A stretch of DNA of 62,810 bases, counting the filler, from Thermodesulfobacteriota bacterium (GTDB lineage Bacteria > DASVDK01): NCBI GenBank assembly GCA_036381125.1. It is 4 parts of 4 records of this genome, joined end to end, with 100 filler letters (N's around TTAATTAATTAA, not from the genome) between each part and the next. Parts side by side here need not be neighbours in the genome. Positions count along the whole stretch, not along the records: positions 20,993 to 48,800 come from DASVDK010000120.1; 3 more parts are not named here. One strand, written 5' to 3'. The notes under the pieces are model-generated. The model saw only the letters and a program-made list of their open reading frames with translations. It made no database searches and was not told the DNA's origin. This document shows positions 25,977 through 36,951 of the stretch, piece after piece (position 1 is the first letter of the stretch; the number at the start of each line of letters is the position of its first letter). The position numbers and the translations under genes were made by a program.

Positions 25977-27530
25977 TCAGGACCCGGACCGGGCGATGTC
26001 CTTGAACACGATCCAGGTGTCCGAGCGGGGCGTGAAGCGGATGCCCCGGTCCTTGCGGATCGCGTAGTCGTCCGACTGGTAGTGGAGCGGGATCACCGCC
26101 ACCTGCTCCATCGTCGCCTCGTTGAGGCGCCTGAGCGCCTCGGCCCGCTTCTCCGGGTCGATGGTCTTCTCGGCCGCCGCGAACAGCTCGTCGAGCCCGG
26201 GGTTGCCGTAGCCCGCGCCGTTGGTGGCGCCGTAGCCGGCCTTCTCGTCCACCGTATGCAGGAGCTGCCGGAAGCTCCGCCCGAAGTCGTAGGAGCCGTC
26301 GAACCAGCCGATCAGGAAGAAGTCCAGCTCGTGGCGGCTCACCTGCGGGAAGAAGACGCTCTTGGGCTTCGAGTCGACCTTGACCTTGATCCCGACCCTG
26401 GCGAGCTGGGCGGCGACCGTCGCCTGGATCTGGGCGTCCTGCACGTAGCGGTCGTTCGGCCCGGTCAGGGTGATCTCGAAGCCGTTGGGGTACCCGGCCT
26501 CGGCGAGCAGCCGCTTCGCCTCGTCCGGGTCGTACGGCAGCCGCGTGATCGCCTTGCTGTAGCCGACGGTCGGGGGGTCCGGGATCTGCGCCGCCGGCGT
26601 CGCGCGGCCGAACATGACCTTCTCGATGATCTCCTGCTCGTTGATCGCCATGTACATCGCCTTCCGGACGCGGAGGTCGGCGGTCGGCGTGCCAGGCTTG
26701 TTGCCGAGGCCGAGGAAGATCGCCCGGCGCGCCGGCCGCGAGACCAGCTCGACCTGGGGGTGCTTCGCGAGCGCCGAGCCGAGCGCGACCGGGACGTCCT
26801 GCAGGATGTCGACGGCGCCGCTCGTGATCGCCGCGAGCCGGGTGGACGGCTCCGCGACCGCGCGGAACTCGGCCTGCTTGATCGCGGGCGCGCCGCCCCA
26901 GTACTGCTCGTTGGCCGCGAGCCTGAGGTGCGAGCCCTTGACCCATTCGACGAAGCGATAGGGGCCGGTCCCGATGGGGGTCTGGGCCACCTCACCCTCC
27001 GAGCGCGAGGCCGTCGACTCCTTGTCCATGATGAAGATCATGTGGAGCGTCTGGACGAAGAACGGCACCGAGCCCCGGGTCTTCATGTCGACGACCCACG
27101 GGTCGTTGCCGACCGGCGTCACCGACGCGACGAGCGCCCCGAAGTTCCTGAACTCCGAGTGCGGGCTCTTGAGGCGCTCCATCGTGAACTGGACGTCTTC
27201 CCAGGTGAAGTCGTTGCCGTTGTGGAACTTGACGCCCTTTCGCAGCTCGAAGCGCCAGGTCTCCTCGTCGATCCGCTTCCAGGCGGTGGCGAGGCCCGGC
27301 TGGAGTTCGCCCGCGGTGTCCCGCTGGACGAGCCCGTCGAAGATGTTGGTCATGGCCGACATGTTCGAGTCGACGTCGGCCGCCTGCGGGTCCATGGTGT
27401 GGGGCGCGGCGGCGACGCCGACGGCGAGGCGGCTTGCGCCCTGCGCGTGCGCGCGTGGCGCGGCGACGAGGCTTCCGGCCAGAGCCAGAGCCGAGAGCAG
27501 GCCTATCGCGACGTTCGGGATCTGCGTCAT
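25977..27530 (-). CDS. Peptide ABC substrate-binding protein (family 5)
   Basis: Signal peptide from ATG 27530; PGLATAW, LRKGVKFHNG, PIGTGPY, DLRVRKAM, YDPDEAKRLLAEAGYPNGF. Confidence 0.93.
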   Translation of the reverse strand: MTQIPNVAIGLLSALALAGSLVAAPRAHAQGASRLAVGVAAAPHTMDPQAADVDSNMSAMTNIFDGLVQRDTAGELQPGLATAWKRIDEETWRFELRKGVKFHNGNDFTWEDVQFTMERLKSPHSEFRNFGALVASVTPVGNDPWVVDMKTRGSVPFFVQTLHMIFIMDKESTASRSEGEVAQTPIGTGPYRFVEWVKGSHLRLAANEQYWGGAPAIKQAEFRAVAEPSTRLAAITSGAVDILQDVPVALGSALAKHPQVELVSRPARRAIFLGLGNKPGTPTADLRVRKAMYMAINEQEIIEKVMFGRATPAAQIPDPPTVGYSKAITRLPYDPDEAKRLLAEAGYPNGFEITLTGPNDRYVQDAQIQATVAAQLARVGIKVKVDSKPKSVFFPQVSRHELDFFLIGWFDGSYDFGRSFRQLLHTVDEKAGYGATNGAGYGNPGLDELFAAAEKTIDPEKRAEALRRLNEATMEQVAVIPLHYQSDDYAIRKDRGIRFTPRSDTWIVFKDIARSGS

Positions 27531-27703
27531 GCGTGGCTTCCTCCTCGGCCCCGTATTGTCCCTCGCGCGGCGGGATCGCGCGCCGCCGCCATGCCGCCCC
27601 GGCGCGAGCGATCGGCCGCCGCCGGAGCAACCCGGCCGCCCGATTCGGCACGAGAAGCCCGAATCGCGATGGCGCAGCCGCCCCGCGATGCAGGGCGGCG
27701 CGT

Positions 27704-28705
<1,002 letters not shown>

Positions 28706-28881
28706 CGTCGATGTCCTTTCGGTTGTCGCCTGTCTCCACGAGCCGCGGCAGCGCGCGGCCCGCTCCGAGCGCCCGCGCGGTGCAAGACGCAAGCCGGTCC
28801 GCGCGCGGCCGATCGGCGGCCGCTCGCCGGACGGCACGGCCAGTGCCCGTTTCGTCCTGAAACGCCGGCGGAGCAGCCCGG

Positions 28882-29907
28882 TCACGCGTTCCGGTAGAGC
28901 GCCGAGAGGCGCCTCGCCTCGGCCGCGACCGCGCGGCGGAGGCTCGCCGGCGCGAGGACCTCGGCGTGCGCCCCGTACGACAGCACCCACCGCTTCACCC
29001 CCTCGAGCCCCGACAGCTCGAAGTGGAGGGTCAGGCTGCCGTCCCGGTGCCGCTCCCGCCGCTCCGTGGGGTGCCAGGTGCGCTCCTCGACGTAGCGCGC
29101 CTGCTCGGCGTCGAAGCGGATCGACACCCGCTCGACCGCCTCGCCCCGCATCATCGCGAAGCCGTCGCGCAGGTACGCCCTGAGGTCGAAGTCCTTCCGC
29201 CGCTCGAAGGGCCTCTGCTGCACCTGCGCCTTGCGCACGCGCGAGAGGTTGAAGGTGCGCACCTGGCGCGTCCGGTGATCGTGGCCGATCAGGTACCAGA
29301 CGCCCGCGTGGTTGTGGAGGTGGTAGGGGTCGACGACGCGGCGCGTGACCTCGTTGCGCGACTGCGTGAGGTACTCGATCGCGAGCGGCCGCTCTTGCCG
29401 CACCGCCTCGCTCGCCTTCGCGAAGATCTCCATCTCGAGCCGGCCGGGCGGGCCGATGTGGAAGGAGAGCCCCTCCCGCAGGGCGTCGAAGTCGATCGTC
29501 ACGGCGTCGGACAGGTAGGTCGAGATCTTCTGGAGCGCGCCCGCCAGGAGCGCCGCGTACTGCGTCCCCTCGTACTGCTCGAGGACCCGCTGGGAGACGT
29601 AGAGGGCCAGAAGCTCCCCCTCGGTGACCGTGATGAGCGGGGAGAGCGGCGCGTTCGCCTCCGAGTAGCAGTAGCCGCCCCGCTGGGGGTCGTAGGTGAT
29701 CGGCAGCCGGAGCTGCTCGCGGAAGTACTCGACGTCCCGGTAGGCCGTCCGCTGCGTCACCTCGAAGTGGTCGGCGAACTGCTTCGCCGTGGGGTACTTC
29801 TTCGCCCTGAGCTGCTGGTCGAACCAGACGAGCCGCAGGAGCGGGTGCTTGTTGCGGGGGAGCCTGAGCGGCGGGCCCGAGGCCCGGGTACGCCGGGAGA
29901 CCGCCAT
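28882..29907 (-). CDS. WYL-domain transcriptional regulator (wHTH-WYL-WCX)
   Basis: [26 protein letters not shown]....VWYLIG.D...[37 protein letters not shown]. Confidence 0.93.
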   Translation of the reverse strand: MAVSRRTRASGPPLRLPRNKHPLLRLVWFDQQLRAKKYPTAKQFADHFEVTQRTAYRDVEYFREQLRLPITYDPQRGGYCYSEANAPLSPLITVTEGELLALYVSQRVLEQYEGTQYAALLAGALQKISTYLSDAVTIDFDALREGLSFHIGPPGRLEMEIFAKASEAVRQERPLAIEYLTQSRNEVTRRVVDPYHLHNHAGVWYLIGHDHRTRQVRTFNLSRVRKAQVQQRPFERRKDFDLRAYLRDGFAMMRGEAVERVSIRFDAEQARYVEERTWHPTERRERHRDGSLTLHFELSGLEGVKRWVLSYGAHAEVLAPASLRRAVAAEARRLSALYRNA

Positions 29908-29960
29908 GGGAGACACCTCCTCTGCGGCAGGAGACCGGGCTTCAGCCTGCGTCCTGGCCA

Positions 29961-29977
29961 CTGACACCCGGCGTCAG
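29961..29977. promoter_or_regulatory. Palindrome CTGAC-N7-GTCAG, candidate WYL-regulator site
   Basis: Located in the 150-bp divergent intergenic region between WYL gene and addB. Confidence 0.5.
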
Positions 29978-30057
29978 GCCGAGCCGGCTAGACAGATAGC
30001 ATGCCGCGCGGCAAGGCGCTTGACCGCCGGGCCGGTTTCCGGGAGGATGGGCGGCCC

Positions 30058-33000
30058 ATGGCGTCAGGCCCCCGCACCCTCACGCTCGTCCCGACCGCGC
30101 TCCACGCCGAGCAGGAGGTGGAGGCCCGCCTCGACGCGGAGGGGGCGCTGGTCGGCCCGGTCGTCCTCACCGTCGCGGCGTTCGAGGAGCGCCTGGCCTC
30201 CGAGGTCCTCGGTCCCGGCTCGCGCATCTCCGAGCCGGCGGCCCGCCTCCTGGTGCGCCGCGTCCTGCGAGAGGCCTATCCGGACGAGGGGGCCGGCTAC
30301 TTCGCGCCGGTGCGCCACGCGACCCGCTTCGCCGACCGGCTGCGCGACCTCTTCGGGCAGCTCGCCCGGACGCTCGTGCACCCCTACCAGCTCCGCCGCG
30401 TCCGCCTCGACGGCCGCCTCGGCGAGAAGGTGCGCGAGCTGGCCGAGCTGTACGGGGCGTACGAGGCGCACCTCGACCGCCTCGAGCGCGGAGACCCGGC
30501 CGCCCGGCTCCGGCAGCTCGTCGGCGTCCTCTGGCAGCTCGCCGAGCCCCCGCCGCTCCTGGCCCGCGTCGAGCGGGTCGTCGCCGCCGGCCGGGACCGC
30601 TGGCTTCCGTCCGACGCGGCCCTTCTGGCCGCCGTGGCGCGCTTCGTCCCGGTGGAGGTGCGCCTTCCGGCGCCGGTCGCGGGTCGCGAGCGGCTCTTCG
30701 CCCTGGTCGCGCGCTCGGCCGACGCGCTGGCGGTCGCGGCGCAGGGGGCCGGAACGCCGCTCTCGGTGCGCCGGGTGGAACGCTGCGGGGCGGCGGACGC
30801 CGCTCGGCCGCTCGCGGCCCTCTGCGCCAGGCTCTTCGCGCCGCCCGGCGTCCCGCGCGGCGAGGCGATCGACACGGCCGGCACGCTCGCGTTCGTCGAG
30901 GCGCCGGGCCGTCGAGAGGAGGTGGAGGCGGTCGCCCGCGAGGTGCGCCGCGCCCTCGAAGCCGGCACGCCGGCCGATCGCGTGGCCGTCGTGGCCCGGG
31001 ACCTCGACCGCTACGGCCGGCTCCTGGCCGAGGCGTTCGAGCGGGCGCGCATCCCCTTCCGCTTCCGGCGAGGCGCGCCGCTCGCCGAGACGCCCCTCGT
31101 CCGCACCGTCCTGGCGCTGGCCGCGCTCCCCGCCAGGGGCTTCGACCTCGACGGCGTGCTCGGCGTCTTCGCCGGCAGCTACGCGGACCTCGACGGGGAC
31201 GAGCCGGGCCGGCTCGAGCGGACGCTCTACGACCTCGGGCGGCTCGACGGCACGCCGGCCGAGTACGCGCGGGACCTCGACGCCCTGGCCGCGGGTCTCG
31301 AGGCCGACGGGCAGGGAGCGGAGGCCGCACGTACCCGGGCCGTGCGCGCGGCGCTCGTCCCGCTGCTCGAGCGCGTGGCCGGCCTCGATCGCCACGCGAC
31401 GCTCGCCGACCACGTGGAGCGGCTGCGGGCCGTGCTCGGCGCCGTCGGCCTCGCGGCGCGGGCCGGGTCCGGCGACGACCGGCGGCAGCGGCAGGACGCC
31501 GCGGCGCTCGCGGGCCTCGACGAGGCGCTCGACGCGCTCCGGCTCGCCGAGGCCGAGCTGGGCGAGCCGGTGGTGGTCTCGTTCGAGGCGTTCCGCGACA
31601 TGCTCGAGGCGGCGCTGGCCGAACGCTTCGTGCCGCCGCCCGGGGAGCGCCCGGTCGAGGCGGTGCGGGTCCTCGCGGCCACCGACCTCGCCGGGCTCGC
31701 GTTCGACGTCGTCTGCCTCCTCGGCCTCGTCGAGGGGGAGTTCCCGCGGCGCCCACCCGTGGACGCCGTGCTGCGCGAGCCGGAGGTCGAGCGGCTCGCC
31801 CTCGCGCTCGCGCCGTACGCGCCCTTCGAGACGCCGGCCGAGGCGCGGGCGGCGGAGCCCTTCCACTTCCACCGGGTCGCGACCGCCGCACGCCGCCGGC
31901 TCGTCCTCTCGACCCCGGCCGCGGACGAGCGGGGCCGGCCGCTCCTCCACTCGAGCCTCCTCGAGGAGGTTGCCCGCGCCGTCGACCCCGGCGCGCGCGC
32001 GGCCGACCCCGGCGGCGACCCGCTCGCCCCGCTGCGCGCGGCCGGCGTCCACGTGCGGGTCGGCCGCCGGCCGGTGCCGGCGTCGTTCGGCGACTGCCTC
32101 ACCCCGGCCGAGGCCGAGGCGCGGCTCGCCTGGCTCGGCGCGGGGCTGCCCGAGGTCGCCCGCGCCCGCAGGCGGGAGGCGGCGGCCGAGGGGGTCGACC
32201 CGGCGGCGATCGAGGCGGCCCTCGCCGAGGACCCCCTCGTCGGGGCCCGCCTCGCGCGGCTCAGGGTCGCGGCCCGGCTCGAGGCCGCGCGCGACGTCTT
32301 CTTCGACAGCGTGCCGGGCGAGGCGCGACACCGGCTGGCCGGGCCGGGGACGGGCGTCCTCGCGACGGAGACCGCCAGGGAGACCCTTCGGCGCGCGCTG
32401 GCCGGCAACGGTGAGATCCACCTCTCGGCCAGCGCCCTCGAGGCCCACGCGCAGTGCGCCTACCGGTGGTTCCTCGAGGCGGCCGTCGGCCTCGAGGAGA
32501 CCGAACGGCCACGCCGCGACCTCGAGGCGCACGAGCAGGGCACCCTGCTCCACCGCGTCCTCGAGCGCGGCTACCGGGCGTGCCTCGCCGCCGGCCTCGT
32601 CCCCATCGGCGGCCCCGAGGATCCGGACGCGCGGCGGGCCGAGGCGGTGATGCTCGCCGAGGCCGAGGCGGTGCTCCGCGACTGGCACGTCGAGCGGGCC
32701 GGGATGCCGGCGCCGCTGCGCGAGGCGGAGGCCGACGCCGTGCGCGCGGCAGTGCGCGGCTTCGTGCGGGACGAGGCGTCGCGCGCGCACGAGGGGTGGG
32801 TGCCGGTCGCCTTCGAGCACGCCTTCGGGATCGGACGAGAGGGCCGGGGAGAGGACGCGCCGCCGCTCAGGATCGCGCTGGGCGGCGTCACCGTGGTCCT
32901 CCGCGGCGCCGTCGATCGGATCGACGCCGCGCCGGGACGGCTGCGCGTCGTCGACTACAAGCGGTCGTCGCAGGGGAAGGCGTACCAGGAGCGGCTCGCG

Positions 33001-33372
33001 CCCGAGGCGCTCGGGACCCGGAGCTTCCAGGTGCCGATCTACCTCCTGGCCGCCGAGGCGCTCAGGGAGGCGGCGCCCGACCGGTTCCCGCCTGGCGGGA
33101 TCGAGCGCCGGGAGGCCGCGTTCCACCTCCTGAGGAAGGCGCCCGACTTCCGGTCGGCCGCGTTCGACGACGCCGGGTACTTCTCGCTCGACCCGGTGGT
33201 CAGGGCCGAGCGGCGCGCGGCCGGCCTGCCGAGCTTCGCGAACCAGCTCGAGGACCGCGTGCGCGACGCCCTCTCGGGCCGCTACGAGATCACGCCGGAC
33301 CCCGACTGCGGCTACTGCCCCTACGGCGCCGTCTGCCGCGTCGTCGTCCCGCTGCCGAGGGCGTTGTCGTGA
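30058..33372 (+). CDS. addB: AddB/RexB-like helicase-nuclease subunit (inactive helicase + PD-(D/E)XK nuclease with Fe-S staple)
   Basis: EEVEAVAREV, GLVEGEFP, LSASALEAHAQCAYRWF, QGTLLHRVLE, GAVDRID..VVDYK, FQVPIY, CGYCPYGAVC. Confidence 0.85.
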   Translation: MASGPRTLTLVPTALHAEQEVEARLDAEGALVGPVVLTVAAFEERLASEVLGPGSRISEPAARLLVRRVLREAYPDEGAGYFAPVRHATRFADRLRDLFGQLARTLVHPYQLRRVRLDGRLGEKVRELAELYGAYEAHLDRLERGDPAARLRQLVGVLWQLAEPPPLLARVERVVAAGRDRWLPSDAALLAAVARFVPVEVRLPAPVAGRERLFALVARSADALAVAAQGAGTPLSVRRVERCGAADAARPLAALCARLFAPPGVPRGEAIDTAGTLAFVEAPGRREEVEAVAREVRRALEAGTPADRVAVVARDLDRYGRLLAEAFERARIPFRFRRGAPLAETPLVRTVLALAALPARGFDLDGVLGVFAGSYADLDGDEPGRLERTLYDLGRLDGTPAEYARDLDALAAGLEADGQGAEAARTRAVRAALVPLLERVAGLDRHATLADHVERLRAVLGAVGLAARAGSGDDRRQRQDAAALAGLDEALDALRLAEAELGEPVVVSFEAFRDMLEAALAERFVPPPGERPVEAVRVLAATDLAGLAFDVVCLLGLVEGEFPRRPPVDAVLREPEVERLALALAPYAPFETPAEARAAEPFHFHRVATAARRRLVLSTPAADERGRPLLHSSLLEEVARAVDPGARAADPGGDPLAPLRAAGVHVRVGRRPVPASFGDCLTPAEAEARLAWLGAGLPEVARARRREAAAEGVDPAAIEAALAEDPLVGARLARLRVAARLEAARDVFFDSVPGEARHRLAGPGTGVLATETARETLRRALAGNGEIHLSASALEAHAQCAYRWFLEAAVGLEETERPRRDLEAHEQGTLLHRVLERGYRACLAAGLVPIGGPEDPDARRAEAVMLAEAEAVLRDWHVERAGMPAPLREAEADAVRAAVRGFVRDEASRAHEGWVPVAFEHAFGIGREGRGEDAPPLRIALGGVTVVLRGAVDRIDAAPGRLRVVDYKRSSQGKAYQERLAPEALGTRSFQVPIYLLAAEALREAAPDRFPPGGIERREAAFHLLRKAPDFRSAAFDDAGYFSLDPVVRAERRAAGLPSFANQLEDRVRDALSGRYEITPDPDCGYCPYGAVCRVVVPLPRALS

Positions 33373-36300
33373 GGGACGCCGCCGTCTGGTCCGAGGCGAA
33401 ACGGCGGCTCTTCCGCTTCGAGCGGAACCTGGTCGTCGCGGCCGGCGCCGGCACCGGGAAGACGACGGCGCTCGTCGAGCTCTACCTCCGGCTCCTCGCG
33501 GGGCGCCCCCCTTCGGAGGACGGCCCCGGCGGGCTCGGGCCCGACGGCCGGCCGCTCGAGCCGCACGAGATCGCCGTCGTGACGTTCACCGAGAAGGCGG
33601 CGCAGGACCTGAGGCGCAAGGTGCGCGAGCGGCTCCTCCACGAGGCGGCGCCGCTGCGGGAGGCGGTCGAGGCGGCGCCGATCGGAACGATCCACGGCTA
33701 CGCCGCGCGCCTGCTGCGCGAGCACGCGGTGGAGGCGGCGGTCGACCCCGGCTTCGACGTCCTCGACGACCTCGAGGCCCGGACGCTCCGCCGCGAGGCC
33801 GTGTCCGCGGTCGTGCGCGCCGCGCTGGCGTCGCGCGATCCGGCGCTGGCCCGGCTGGTGCGCCACCTGCCGCTTCCGGACGCCGGCGAGCATCGGCCCG
33901 GCCTCGAGTCGCTGCTCGCGTCGTCGCTCGCCCGCCTGCGCGGCGCCGGCGGCAGCGTCGAGGGGCTGCGACGCGCGACCCGCGCCGAGCTCGATGCGAT
34001 CCCCGAGGCGCTTCGCCGCCTGGCCGCCTCCATCGAGGCGGCCGCGGCGGCGCTCGCGGACGTGCCGCAGGCCGCCCCCTTCCTCGAGCGCTGGCGCGCC
34101 CTCCCCGAGGCCGCGCGCCGGCTCGACCCGGGCCTGGACGAGGCCGGCTGGGCGGCGGTGATCGCGCTCGCCCCGCTGGCGAAGAACTGGAAGGGCGCCG
34201 GCTCGAAGAACCCGCACCGCAAGGACCTCTCCGACGCGCTCGACCAGCTTCCGCTCGTCGCGGCGCAGCGCGCGGCGACCCCGCTCGGCGAGGCGTTCCT
34301 CGACCTGCTCGGCCGCGTCGAGCAGGCGTACGCGGCCGCGCGGCGCCGCCGGCACGCGCTCGACTTCGACGACCTCGAGGAGCTGACCGTCGCGCTCCTG
34401 CGCCGGGACGCGGCCAGCGGCGGACGCCTCCTCGCCGGCCGGCCCGCGGTCGTGCTCGTCGACGAGTTCCAGGACAACAACCCCCGCCAGCTCGAGATGA
34501 TCACCCGCCTGGCCGGCGACGGCCGCGGGGCCCTGCGCCCCCGCGCGCTCGTCGTCGTGGGCGACCCGAAGCAGTCGATCTACCGCTTCCGCGGCGCCGA
34601 CGTGAGCGTCTTCGAGCGGATGCGGCGGCTCGTGATGGGCGACGCCGAGCCGCTCCGCTTCACCGACAACTTCCGGTCGACCGGGCGGGTACTCGCCTTC
34701 GTGAACGCGGTCTTCGCGCGCTACATGGGGCCGAGCGCGCCGGGGCGGCCGGTGTACGAGGTCCCCTTCGACGACGCCGACGCGCTGGTCCCCCGGCCGG
34801 AACGCGAGGACGGGCCGCCCGTCGAGCTGCTCTGCCTCCCGTGGGACGAGGACAGGGAGGACCGGGCGCTGCGCGAGGCCGAGGCGGTCGCCCGGCGGAT
34901 CGGGCAACTGTGCGCCGAGGGGGTCCGGCCGGGCGAGATCGCGGTCCTCATGCGGACCCTGCGGAGCGCCGCGTCGATCCGGCGCGGGCTCGAGGCCGCC
35001 GGCATCCCGGTCCACGTCGTCGGAGGGGGCGGCTTCTACGGCGCGGCCGAGGTCCGCGACGTGGTCGGCCTGCTCGCGAGCCTCGAGTGCCCCTTCGACG
35101 ACCTCGCGCTGGCCGCCGTCCTCCGCTCCCCGTTCGTCGGCATCTCGGACGACGCGCTCCTCCTGCTGGCGCGGCCCGTGGCGTCTCGCCGGCCGCGGCG
35201 GCTCAACCGCGCGTTCGCCGGCGGCCGGCTCGCGCCGCCCGTCCCGCCGCTTCCGGCCGCCGACCGGGATCGGCTCGCGGCGTTCGCGGCGTGGTGGTGG
35301 GAGCTGCGCGCCCGCAAGGACCGCACGCCCCCCTCGGACCTCGTCGAGGAGGCGCTCGAGCGAAGCGGGTACCGGTCGGTGTGCCTGACCCGACGGGACG
35401 GCGACCAGCAGGTCGCCAACCTCCGCAAGCTCGTCGAGCTGGCCCGCGCCTTCGAGGCCCGGGGCGGCCGGACGCTCAGGGACCTCGTCGCCGAGCTCGG
35501 CGCGCTGGTCGACGAGGAGCCGCGGGAGACTCCGGCCGAGCTCGTCGGCGAGGGCGAGGACGTCGTCCGCATCATGACGATCCACGCCGCCAAGGGGCTC
35601 GAGTTCCCCGTCGTGGTCGTCCCCGGCTGCTCCGCCACCTGGCGGAGCGACCGCGAGGCGGTCGTCTTCGACGAGGGGCCGGAGGGCGCCGGCCTCGCCG
35701 TTCGGCCGCTCGACCCCGACACCCTCGAGCCGCGTCCCACGTGGCTCGGCCGCCGCATCCAGGCGGCCGTCGACGCCCGGGAGGCGGCCGAGTGGCGCCG
35801 CCTCTTCTACGTCGCCGCCACGCGCGCGAAGGCGCGACTGATCCTCGTCGGCGAGCACCCGGTCAGGAAGGACGGCAGCCTCACGGCCGCCGACACCTGG
35901 CGGCGGGCGGTCGAGGAGACCCTGTCGTCCCGCCCGGACCTCGTCCGCCGTCTCACGTGGGACGACCTGGCGGCGCTACCGAGGCCGGGCGATGCCCCGC
36001 CGGCCGCGCCGGCAACGGTCCCGGCCGCCGCGAACGCGGCCATCGCCCGCCTGCGATGGCGTCCGCCGCTCCCCACTCGCTTCGCCCTCTCGGCCACCGA
36101 GCTGTGCGACCTCGCCGCCTGCCCGCACCGCTACTACCTGACCCGACGCCTCGGGCTGCGGGAACCGCCCGATCCCTGGTTCGACGGCGGGGACGAGCCG
36201 GGGGAGCCCGAGACCGCCCCCTCGCCGGTCGACCGCGGGCGGCTCGTCCACGCCGTGCTGGAGCACGCCCCGCTCGGCCTCGAGTGGGGCGCGCTGAAGG

Positions 36301-36929
36301 GAGCGATCCGGGAGCTGGTCCGTACGCACGCCGCCGGCGTGGCCGGCGGCATCGGCGAGGCCGAGCAGGCGTCGCTCGCCGAGCGCATCGCCGCCTTCCT
36401 CGGCAGCCGGTGGGGGCGCTCCCTTGCGGCCGCCTGGCGACGGGCGCCCGACGCCGTGTTCCGCGAGCACCCGATCGCGCTCCGGCTGTCCGACGGCGCC
36501 GCCTCGCTCTCGGTGCGCGGCCAGGTCGACGTGCTGTGGCGCGACGAGGACGGGACCTGGACGGTGCTGGACTACAAGACGGCGCGGGGCGGCGCGGAAG
36601 CGGTCGAGCGCTACGAGCTTCAGCTCCTCGCATACGCCGAGGCGGCGGCACGAGTCGCCGGGGGCGCCGCGGTCCGCGCCGGCTTCGCCTTCCTCCTCGA
36701 CCGGCCCGACGAGCCGCACTGGCTCGACGCCGGCGCCGCGGCGCTCGCGCGCATGCGATCGCGCGCGCTGGCGATCGTCAGGCAGGCGGCCGGGCACGAG
36801 CGGGAGGGGGGCGACGGCGAGGCGTGGCCGCGCATCGACCGGGCGCGCTGCGAGGCGCTGCGCTGCGGGTTCGTCGCGCGGTGTCACGGGGCGCTGCCGA
36901 CGAACGCCGGCACGCGGTCCACTGGTTAG
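33369..36929 (+). CDS. addA: AddA/RexA-like UvrD-type helicase-nuclease
   Basis: GTG 33369; AGAGTGKT Walker A, TFTEKAA, GTIHG, VDEFQD, VGDPKQSIYRFRGAD, NFRS, MTIHAAKGLEFP, RLFYVAATRA, GQVD..LDYKT..QLLAY. Confidence 0.9.
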   Translation: MRDAAVWSEAKRRLFRFERNLVVAAGAGTGKTTALVELYLRLLAGRPPSEDGPGGLGPDGRPLEPHEIAVVTFTEKAAQDLRRKVRERLLHEAAPLREAVEAAPIGTIHGYAARLLREHAVEAAVDPGFDVLDDLEARTLRREAVSAVVRAALASRDPALARLVRHLPLPDAGEHRPGLESLLASSLARLRGAGGSVEGLRRATRAELDAIPEALRRLAASIEAAAAALADVPQAAPFLERWRALPEAARRLDPGLDEAGWAAVIALAPLAKNWKGAGSKNPHRKDLSDALDQLPLVAAQRAATPLGEAFLDLLGRVEQAYAAARRRRHALDFDDLEELTVALLRRDAASGGRLLAGRPAVVLVDEFQDNNPRQLEMITRLAGDGRGALRPRALVVVGDPKQSIYRFRGADVSVFERMRRLVMGDAEPLRFTDNFRSTGRVLAFVNAVFARYMGPSAPGRPVYEVPFDDADALVPRPEREDGPPVELLCLPWDEDREDRALREAEAVARRIGQLCAEGVRPGEIAVLMRTLRSAASIRRGLEAAGIPVHVVGGGGFYGAAEVRDVVGLLASLECPFDDLALAAVLRSPFVGISDDALLLLARPVASRRPRRLNRAFAGGRLAPPVPPLPAADRDRLAAFAAWWWELRARKDRTPPSDLVEEALERSGYRSVCLTRRDGDQQVANLRKLVELARAFEARGGRTLRDLVAELGALVDEEPRETPAELVGEGEDVVRIMTIHAAKGLEFPVVVVPGCSATWRSDREAVVFDEGPEGAGLAVRPLDPDTLEPRPTWLGRRIQAAVDAREAAEWRRLFYVAATRAKARLILVGEHPVRKDGSLTAADTWRRAVEETLSSRPDLVRRLTWDDLAALPRPGDAPPAAPATVPAAANAAIARLRWRPPLPTRFALSATELCDLAACPHRYYLTRRLGLREPPDPWFDGGDEPGEPETAPSPVDRGRLVHAVLEHAPLGLEWGALKGAIRELVRTHAAGVAGGIGEAEQASLAERIAAFLGSRWGRSLAAAWRRAPDAVFREHPIALRLSDGAASLSVRGQVDVLWRDEDGTWTVLDYKTARGGAEAVERYELQLLAYAEAAARVAGGAAVRAGFAFLLDRPDEPHWLDAGAAALARMRSRALAIVRQAAGHEREGGDGEAWPRIDRARCEALRCGFVARCHGALPTNAGTRSTG

Positions 36930-36951
36930 CGATTCCTGTTCGGGCCCGAGG

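Noticed and set aside
32400-33372. Cas4-like nuclease
   Set aside because: It is the C-terminal domain of an approximately 1100-aa AddB-like protein coupled to AddA
28882-36929. WYL + helicase/nuclease as an anti-phage defence island
   Set aside because: Genes fit housekeeping AddAB, composition matches the host, and there are no defence or mobility genes nearby
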